64,000 bases of DNA from Selaginella moellendorffii (lineage: Eukaryota; Plantae; Lycopodiophyta). A program made the translations under genes and the position numbers. Of this stretch, positions 11,918 through 20,769 are shown in pieces. Under the pieces are notes generated by a model. That model was not told the origin of the DNA. It searched no databases and was given only the letters and a program-made list of their open reading frames with translations. The stretch lies in NCBI RefSeq assembly GCF_000143415.4, contig NW_003314345.1, positions 328,574 through 392,573 of the forward strand. The letters are read 5' to 3'. The first letter of the stretch is position 1; every line of letters starts with the position of its first letter.

Positions 11918-12163
11918 TCCGTAGACGTATTCTATGGAGGTTGGGTTCGAGTCCCAACCCCCTAGTAAAGCAAGGCTGGGTTCAAGTCCCGACCCTATAC
12001 TAGGGCCTGGTGAGGTGAGGAGTATAGGGACACCTATATTCCGTTGTCATGAGCTCTTGGCCGGGGAGGCTAACTTAGGCACACCGCTAAGTGGGGGGAT
12101 GCCCCCGGAGACATGGTCAACAAGTCGTAGGATAAAACGAGACGTTCGATGTGGGCATCGAAC
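11918..12163 (+). ncRNA. Structured 3' UTR RNA of element A (T-loop hairpins, GACA hairpin, four-way cloverleaf, pre-PPT hairpin)
   Basis: Multiple stems; covariation with the two copies in element B'. Confidence 0.65.
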
Positions 12164-12170
12164 TTCTTCT

Positions 12171-12184
12171 ATGGGTGGTGGAGT
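12171..12184 (+). promoter_or_regulatory. Polypurine tract of element A
   Basis: atgggtggtggagt immediately before the 3' LTR. Confidence 0.7.
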
Positions 12185-13180
12185 TGTAAGGAACCAACTC
12201 GCCGAGGTGTCGTAGGCTAAAGGAACCCCGAAAGCATGACCAAAATGACAAAGAGTTCATCGGATGGGACCAAGTCGAAGATCGAGTCCAAGACCGACTC
12301 TAGGACCGAGTTCGAGATAGAGTCCGAAATCGAGTCCGAACCCGAATCCGAAGTCGGATCCGAAATCGGGTCCGAGATCGAGCCAGAGACTAAGTCCAAA
12401 TACTAATACCGGTCAAGGGGTGAAAGCCCAAAGCGTGCGTCTCCCAGGGGGGGGGGCTGCAGGGGGTTCCAAAAGTATAGTAGGGATAGTGAGGTCCAGG
12501 AACCAGTTTTGAAGGGACTCTCCAGTTGGGCTTCCAAACCGACTTGAGGTTGAGACTGGGACCGAGGGGCCTTGGGTGGGAGTGAGCATGGACTTGGTTG
12601 GTGCCGGAGGGGCCATCCAAGGAAGTGCTCAAGAGCAGCTCCCACTCCCAAAAGGGAAACCGATTGCGGTGCTCCCGGCTCATGTGGAGTGGTGCCCCAC
12701 TTGAGTACCATGCGGCTCATTGGTCCTCGCCCTTCCTAGGGGCTTGGGCCTTCCTTCGGGATGGAAGTGGGGAGCGAGAGGTACCCATACCGGGCCGCTA
12801 GGCCACGGTGTTTCGCCCCGGCGTCCCGAAGCAAGTGTTGCACTCAAGACTTGGGATTTAGAGGGTCCCATGATCAAGTCTTGTGGTACCAAGGGATGTT
12901 AGGAACCTAGAAGCTTGGTGTGCTTGGTTGCTTGTGCTTATGGGGAGTGTAGCCGAACCTTAAGTCCAGTCTAACCCAGGGAGGGGGATTGGGAGTGATT
13001 TGGGAATCCGTGGATGGATGGCTAACACTCCGTTGCTCGTGCAGTGAGTAGCTGAGACCAAGTAGAAGCTGGTACCATAGGCGAGAACCTTGGCAAGGGA
13101 ACTTAGCAAAAGCCAAAGCGGTGTTGGACGGATAGACGAGGTAAGCTGACAAATTGGAAAGGAAAAATTTGTGGCTTACA
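12185..13180 (+). repeat. 3' LTR of element A
   Basis: Direct repeat of 670-1664, followed by TSD TCACC. Confidence 0.97.
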
Positions 13181-13227
13181 TCACCCTTCCGGCTCCACTT
13201 TGGGGCCTAGGGATTTTGTGTCTCACA
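13181..13227 (-). mobile_element. Terminal piece of the outer family-B LTR
   Basis: cttccggctccactttgg..ctagggattttgtgtctcaca matches 8033-8074. Confidence 0.92.
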
Positions 13228-13439
13228 CAAATACGGCTATGGATAGAAAGAGACTTGGTGGGGACGGAAAAAGGGATATTGGGGAAGGTTGTTCCCCATG
13301 TCTGCAAGCATTCTAAAAATTCTAAAGAATGGATTTAGAATAATCACTCATGAACGGATGGCCCAATTTTTGAGAGACAGGATTATGATGTAGGTGGTGT
13401 TACATCACCGGTGTGACTAAAGTGAATAGGCATAGCATT

Positions 13440-13665
13440 AGCATAATAGGTTAATATGTCAATGGTACCTTTGGGTGTTAGTGATGGATTGGACACATGG
13501 AGCACTTGGACCAAATGTAAAAGTTTAATGGCATGGATGCCATTGTCAAGGTTAGCAAGCCATAAGTCTGGAATAAAATTTATGGAGGTTATGAGTGAGA
13601 CTCTTCCTAGTGGTTGGAAATGTGGTTAAGTGACTAAAGAAAAATGGAAAATTTAATAGTTTACA
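13440..13665 (+). mobile_element. Old degenerate family-B LTR end, opposite orientation
   Basis: Matches the reverse complement of ~6245-6470 (gtggttaagtgactaaag..atggaaaat..ttaca). Confidence 0.75.
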
Positions 13666-13679
13666 TAAATATAGTAAGT

Positions 13680-13980
13680 TATTATGTAGTAATGTTGGGA
13701 CTAATGCTCAATATTGAAGGGTTTTTATTAAGTTAGTGCAATAAAGCAAAAGAAAATTAAAAGCCAAACCAAATATGCTCAATAACCACAATTTTATATT
13801 TATTTGGCTAAGTATAAATATTAAACCTAATTTACTACAATTGAACAAAAGGGACTAATAAAAGGAACTAGCTAAACCTATTACCATTGTAAAAAAAAAA
13901 TATCTGGACTCGTAAACAAATAACTTTTCATACTTATTATCACATTTGTAATATAGACATAAAACAAAAAGTGACACCCC
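13680..13980. repeat. AT-rich degenerate LTR remnant (family C)
   Basis: Similar to 53780-54083 (gctcaatattg.., gataaagcaaaa.., aacaagagggac.., tcacattt). Confidence 0.6.
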
Positions 13981-14485
13981 TCAATAAAAGAAGGGCTATA
14001 CTAATGTCTCAAATACCCCTAGCATATGAAAGGTCACTTAATTTATATCACTAAATATCATAAAGCTGCTTTCTACTAAGGAACTAAGGATTAAAGCTAA
14101 AAATTTATAAAGGTCATTTTTAACCTACAGAAAGTGGTGATTTTTTCTGTATAATTAAATAAATAAATTAATGCTAAACATGTCAACTATTGGTAAATAC
14201 ATTGAAACATCAGATAATAAAATCAATAAAATATGTATTTACATTAATGGTCTTTTCACATTTGTTAATTTCTGCCATTCTTGTCTTATCTACTCTTCCA
14301 AAATCTTAAAATGCTTTTTGACAAGAACAATATTCATATTTCGTTACATAATTGTTACATTGTTAAAAATCAACAGAAAAAGACAAAGGTAAAAGTTAAA
14401 CCTATGAAGATTATGCATAAAGATTATTAACTAAAGTCAGCCAAGATATCAAATAAATAGGTACTGCAAACACCTACCAAACAAA

Positions 14486-14801
14486 ATGGCAAGTACTAAC
14501 AATGTTCTTCTATTTGTCAGCATTGTGGCAGCCTCAATCATCCTTGCCTCCACCGAAGGCAGCACTTTCGTAACCTTCCAGTCCCCAGATTGCACAAACC
14601 GAGTCCTTGTTACTAGGTGCGGCTGCAACAATCTGGACGCTTCAGTCGGCTATGGCTTCGAGTGGCACAAGCAGCGTGAGAGCACCGCAAATCTCTACAA
14701 CCAGCCAGATTGCAAGGGGTTGCCACACACGTCACTAGACTCTTTCAGTCTCCGCGTGTGGCCCCATCGGCTGGAAGAGCATCGAGATCAGCTGCAAGTA
14801 G
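14486..14801 (+). pseudogene. MiAMP1-family antimicrobial peptide with a frameshift near 14753
   Basis: Signal peptide plus C..RCGC..GY.F....TANLYNQPDCKG.PHT. The conserved C-terminus ACGPIGWKSIEISCK* is in another frame. Confidence 0.85.
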
Positions 14802-14890
14802 CTCGAAACAAACTCATTCCTTTCCATTTCGTATGCGAAAGCGTTACAGAAGTATGGAAGAAATGAATAAACTCACAGCTCTTTCGTTTG

Positions 14891-15822
14891 TCACTTGTCC
14901 TTGGGTGTCGCCCACTCCACGCGCAGGATGAGATTGTCGTAGCCATATCCGTCCAGCTTCTTGATGGCACGAACTGCGTCGTCTCTGAGAGGCACACTCG
15001 TGATCAACACAAAAGCAAAAGCAACCACAGAGAATGAAAGGGGGACACAAACCTGTTAACAAAGTTGATGAATGCGAAGCCACGGCTGAGGCCTGTCTCG
15101 CGATCAAAGGCGACGTAGATGCGAGAGATGTTTCCAAAAGGTCGGAAGAGCTCTTGCAAGTCCTGCTCTCTCGTGTCCTCGGACAGATTCGTCACTCTGA
15201 TCGAATTGCTATCGTCTCTGGAACCGTGGCGCATGCTATCCCCCTCGCGCTTGGCCCCTCCACGCAGGCTGGGAGGAACATACGAGGTGGGCTTTCCGGG
15301 AGCTCCGGAGGCCGCCGATGGAAGTCCTGGAACATCGTCCTCCGGCTTGTCAAAGGAGAGATTTTTGCCGAGCAAATCCTTGTAGGGACATCTCGAGGTC
15401 CAGTGATCTCCCTTCTTCCCACAAGCTCGGCAAACGACCAGCGAGGGATTGCTCCCTGGAGCCCCCTGCAGTGCCGCAAACTCGTTCTCGTCCTGCTTGT
15501 TCGTCTGGCCGTCAGTCCGGGGCCTCTCGAGAGTGATCTCGTCGATGGAGATCACGGTGAAATTGTCGGAAGCGTTCTGACCGATGGCATCGCCGAATTT
15601 GCTGAGCTGTCGGCGCTGTAGCACCGCCGGATTCATCTTCTTCACCTGTTTCTTCACCCTCACCGTCGTGATTAGCTTGCTGAGCTTACCAGTGTCCTCG
15701 TTCTTGCGCCACTCGGTGATGATCTTGATTCCCTTCTCGTCCGGCCCGACGATCTGTGTAGACGGCACCACATCCTCGAGGCCGTAATCGTCGTCCTCCG
15801 CATCGCCCCACCGGAAGCTCAT
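14891..15822 (-). CDS. eIF3g: Eukaryotic translation initiation factor 3 subunit G (intron 14985-15052)
   Basis: CRACGKKGDHWTSRCPYK zinc motif and RRM (IRVTNLSEDT..RGFAFINF); exon 2 DDAVRAIKKLDGYGYDNLILRVEWA. Confidence 0.96.
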
Positions 15823-16077
15823 CGCGCGCGCCCTGGCCGCAATCTATCCGGCTGCCAGAACCCTAGAATGCGAGCAAGAACCCTAAAAACGAGGTGAAGA
15901 ATCGAACCCAACACTAAAGGAGTGTGAGTCACGGGATGTACGGCAACGGGCCGTTACGGCACAGATGGCGCTTACACAATCCCCACCGTCGGATCTCATG
16001 CCACGTGGCCACACGTTTATATAGCACCCCCCTCTCATAAATGTGGCCCAGAAGAAGGGAGCGCGGCGCGAGAGAAG

Positions 16078-17240
16078 ATGCGAAACTGCTGGATTGCGTC
16101 GGCAATCCTGGCGGCGGTGGTGGCGGGAGCCCTGGCGGCGCCGCCACACTCGCCACCGCCAGCGCTCCCCGTGGTTCCTGGCGGAGGAGGAAGCAATGGC
16201 AGTTCTAGCGACGAAGAGGGCACAGTGCCATCCCTGCCAGTAGAGTGGCAAGCCATGGCCTGCGACCTCCATTTCGCGGGGATCAGCTTCGGTGGGCTCA
16301 GGAGCGCTTGCGAGAAGAAGCACCATAGCCAGGATCTCCGCTCGCGCTGCTGCCCTGTTCTCGCATCGTGGCTCTTCGCCGCGCAGGCCGAGACCACAAT
16401 GCGCGCCATCGCCGCCGCCGCCGCCACCAGCTCTTCGAGCTCTTCCTCGCCATCGCCACAGGTGGAGATGCCAGTGCCGCCGGACGATTCGGCGGTGTGC
16501 GCCGCGAGCTTGCAGCAGGGCTTCCACTCCCGCGGCATCGACCTCCCGCTGCTCAACGCGTCGTGCGACATGAGCCTGTGCTACTGCGGCATCCGGCTGC
16601 GCCAAATGGCATCGCTCAACTGTCCCGTGGGCTACTTCCACAAGAACAGGAGCGCGCTTCTTCCATCTCACGCGCCCTTCCTCCGCCACCTCCAGTCAAA
16701 CTGCTCCGATCCATCGCTCCACGGGTGCTCCTCTTGCATCGCCGCCCTCGACAATGTAAGTCCTTCTTTCGAGTTCTATAGGCTCCATTCCATTCATCGT
16801 TTTCTCTCGCGTTTTCTTTGTGGATGGATCGTGATGATCACGCACAGTCCGTGGTTTGGATCGGGCAGAAGGTCGCCGCCAATCCAAAAGCTAGCAGCAG
16901 CGGCGCGACGCCATCGACATTGGATTGCCGGCTCATGGGATTGATGTGGCTGCTGTCGGACAATCGGACGCGTTTCATCCCGACGGTGTCGGCGGTGCTG
17001 CGAGCGCTCCTCTACAGCACGGATTCGGATGATCAAGATGCTAGCGCTGGCGATGGCGAAGTTCCAGCGGCCGCCAGCCCTGGCGCTTGCCGCAGTGATC
17101 AAGCGCAGTTGCCACTGGCGAGTGACAGTCCGGGACCAGAGGATTCGGCAGCGCTGCTAGCGCATTCGCCATTAACGCTCTCCTTCCACCGCGCCTTCTT
17201 CTTCGTCTTCTTCCTCAAGCTTGGCCTCTCGGTGTGGTGA
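16078..17240 (+). CDS. SPARK-domain GPI-anchored protein (At4g28100-like); intron 16756-16868
   Basis: Signal peptide, RCCPVLASWL, CYCGIRL, DCRLMGLMWLL..NRT, hydrophobic C-terminus. Confidence 0.88.
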
Positions 17241-17845
17241 ACGATCCAACTCTTGCTCGATGGGATTGGATCGGATCGCCCTTTATGTTTGTGCTTCTTT
17301 ATTTTTCCACCTTTCGCTCTTGGTCTTCGTTTTGACGACTCGGGTCGGGTCTCTTTTCTTCCTGTAAATAAGACTCCACTTCAATCACTCTCGCCACCGC
17401 GGGCCGAGATTTTCAAAGGCGTGATCGCTGGTTTTTAACGAGTTTCTGGAAAAGCGACCGCTCAAAGGCAATGTGGGACAGCACATGTTTGGGAGGATCA
17501 AAGTCGAGGGTCTCATGGTTTCCAAAAGGAAACTCGAGCTACATGGTTCCATGGTTAAGAAAAACAAAGAAATGGGCGATTATCTATCGATCGATCAAAT
17601 CGATCAAACGTGACAAAGATGGTGGCGCTAGCTAGCGCGTGAAGGAATCATGCGTGTGGCAGTGTGCACAAGTGAGTTTGAGTGATATTGTCTGTGATTC
17701 CTTTTCCCGCCAGGAAAAAGAATGATAGCATTGGTCACGCCAGAGAGGAATATGACCCGACGTGCTTGTCTTGTGTGTCCTTGCCCAGAGCCGTTGGATC
17801 GCCCTAGGGTTGGAGTCTCCCCGACGTGGATCCACACCACGTCTT

Positions 17846-17918
17846 GCGCTTGTAGCTCAGTGGATAGAGCGTCTGTTTCCGGAGCAGAAAGTCACAGGTT
17901 CGATCCCTGTCTGGCGCG
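17846..17918 (+). tRNA. trnR-CCG: tRNA-Arg, anticodon CCG
   Basis: 73-nt cloverleaf with A box TAGCTCAGTGG, anticodon arm TCTGT-TTCCGGA-GCAGA and B box GGTTCGATCC. Confidence 0.93.
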
Positions 17919-18478
17919 CAAGGAGAATATGCTCCTTCCAAGAGAAGGATGTTCTCCTTTTTATTTTCGTTTTTGCTTTGCCTCCAACGTCTCGTTCCTT
18001 CCTTGTTTGTCCGGTGAATCGCTCGCTCCTCTCCTCAACGTTTAAAGTTTGATAGATGAGTTTGTTGGTCGCGAGATGGGGTCTTAAAATCTGGTTTGGC
18101 GCTTGACAGGGTCTTCGGCGATCGTGGTTTTAGATTTTTCTTTTTTTTCTTCGTTGTGGGCCGCAGGCTAGAAGACCTGGAACGATGGAAGAAATCGTGG
18201 TTGCCGGCATTGTCTCGCAAACAGGGGAAAAGGACGCTGCATTTTAGCTATAGTGATTTTCGCAAACACGCGCTTATAATCCTAGCTAGCAAACGCGGAG
18301 GAACGAGCAACGCGGAGGGACTAGATCGCGTCTAAATGGAGGAATGGGTCGCAGGGCTCGAGGATCGGTAGCCCAAATCCGGGCAGCAGCGCTGTAGGGC
18401 TTCTCAATCGATCGATCGATCGATCGACACAGCGCGAGAGTTTGAGCGAGCGAGAGATTCTAGATTGATAGATGAGCT

Positions 18479-20634
18479 ATGGCGAAGAATCGTGATGAGA
18501 GATTGCGGTGGATCGGCTCCAGCTTCTTCCTCGTGGCGATTTGGGCCTCTTGGGCAGCGGCGCAGCAGCCAGCGTTCGAGGACGCCTCCAATTCCACATG
18601 CCGGGGCGTGCTGCTCCACTACTCCATCCGGCGCGTCGCCAAGATCAGCCCCTTTCTCACCGATGCCGCGCAGCAGCCCTATCGATTCGAGTCGGCGCTC
18701 CAGCTGAGCAATCTGGGCTTCAGCGAGGTGAAGAACTGGCGCGCGTTCGTGGGATTCCAGCACCGCGAGATGCTCGTCCAGGCGCCCGGGGCGCTGCTGG
18801 CCGACGGCGAGAATCTGCCAGTCACTGTGGCCCCTGCCGGCGCCACGCTCGCGGGATTCCCCCAGACCGATCTCCTTAACGCGGTCGAGACCGCCGGTGA
18901 CACCACCAAGACCTCGGTGACGATCAATCTGGTCGGCACCGAGTATGGCGTCGAGGATTTCCCGCTGCCCGCCAATATCAGCTTCCCAGTGCCCGGCTAC
19001 ACCTGTGGATCCGTCCAGAAGCTCGGAAGTAAGTGCCTCTTTCTTTTCCCCCTTCTTCCCTCGCGAAGAGCCCTAAAATTTCTTTTCTTTTCCCCCTTCT
19101 TCCTCGCGAAGAACCCTAATTTTTTCTTTTCCTTTCCCCCTTCTTCCTCTTTCTCTTCCCCCTTTCTTCCTCGCGAAGAACCCTAACATTTCCTTCTCGT
19201 TTCCTTCTTCCAGATGATACGCTTCAGCTGTGCTGCACGGAGAATGCGACCGCGATCAACAGCACCAGCACGGATCAGTTCGCGCTGCCGGAACCGGGCG
19301 ACCTCACCATTACCTACAGCGTGATCCAGACCTTCACGGACAACTACTGGGCCGAGGTAGACATCTCCAACGACAATCCCCTGGGCCGGATCGATGGCTG
19401 GAACCTGACATGGGAGTGGCAACAAGGCGAGTTCATCTTCCAGATGCGAGGCGCGCAGGCGCTCGACCAGGATCAAACCGAGTGCCTCTCGGGCCCGGCG
19501 GGCGCTCACTACAAAGATTTCGACTTCTCCACGGTGATGAGCTGCAATCGCCACCCGACCATCGTGGATCTTCCTCCCGAGCGAGCCAACGACACCAGAG
19601 TTGGGATGATCCCATCGTGCTGCCGGAGTGGACTTCTCCTCCCGGCCACCATGGATCCAAAGCTCTCCAAGTCGGCCTTCCAGCTCTTCGTCTACAAGGT
19701 CCCTCCAAACCTCGACCGCGACACTCTCGCTCCCCCGGCCAACTTTAAGATCGATCCCAGGTACTCTTGCGGGCAGCCCCAGCTGATCGCTCCCGTGGAG
19801 AAGCCGGATCCCAGCAGCCCGACGAGGATGATCTCGGCGATTAAGAGCTGGCAAGTTACGTGCAACATGACCCGGAATGGCAGGCTGGAGCAAGTCGGCC
19901 AAGTCGAGAACTTGGAGACGAGGCGAAAGTGCTGCGTTTCCTTCTCGGGTTTCTACAACTCGTCCGCGGTTCCATGCCCGACTTGCGCCTGTGGCTGCTC
20001 CGCCAACTCCACCCTTCCTCGGCCTTCCTGTGACACAAGCTCGCAGGCGATGCTCTTGCCTTCGTACGCGCTGCTGCTCCCGTTCCAGGACCGCATTGGA
20101 AAGGCGCTCGAGTGGGCGAGGATGAACAGGAAGCCGGTTCCAAGCGTGGCTCCGTGCTCGGACAATTGCCCCGTGAGCATCAACTGGCACGTCGTGTCGG
20201 ACTTCACCGACGGATGGACTGCCCGGCTCTCGCTGCTCAACTGGGACGAGACGGCCGTTCCCGAGTGGTTTGCCGCGGTGGAGCTCAGGAACGCGTTCCC
20301 GGGGCTCGAGCGGGTCTACACTCTCAATGGGACTTTGATCAACGACAACACCACCTTGTACTTCCAGGGGCTGCCAAACTATAGCGACTATCTCAACCGG
20401 ATCGACAAGAACAATCCGGGGAAGCTCCAGGCAGTGATCTCGTTCGACAAGAGGAAGACGCCCGGGATCAACGTCACTGGCGGCGATGGATTTCCAACCA
20501 GGGTGGTGTTCAATGGCGAGGAATGTGCGCTCCCAGACGCGATTCCAATCAGTCATGGATATCGTCTTCGCGCGGTGCCGAGGTTGGTTGTTTCGCTTCT
20601 CCTTGCTGCTGTTCTTGCGGCCTTTTGGCTGTGA
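18479..20634 (+). CDS. COBL: COBRA-like protein (COBL7-11 subgroup); intron 19029-19213
   Basis: QPYRFES, GDLTITY, LGRIDGWNLTWEW, CCVSFS, DNCPVSINWHV, GFPTRVVFNGEECALP, GPI tail. Confidence 0.95.
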
Positions 20635-20769
20635 ATGAACTAAGCTCTGATCGATCGATGCATCCATCGTGGAAACTGTAAATCTTTCTTTTGCCTTTAT
20701 TCCCTTCATCTGCTGACTTTGGAAAAGTTTTGTTGTGCGGTTTTCGATACGAAAATAAATATGTTCTGG

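Larger units (their letters stand above)
670..13180 (+). mobile_element. Ty3/Gypsy chromovirus LTR retrotransposon (element A), full length, pseudogenised
   Basis: Two ~995-bp LTRs TGTAAG...CTTACA, 5-bp TSD TCACC (665-669 / 13181-13185), PBS, PPT, and gag-PR-RT-RH-INT-chromodomain order. Confidence 0.97.

Noticed and set aside
19183-20709. 508-aa antisense ORF (and similar ones opposite eIF3g, SPARK, LRR-RLP and SNF2)
   Set aside because: Shadow ORFs of GC-rich coding strands with no recognisable motifs.
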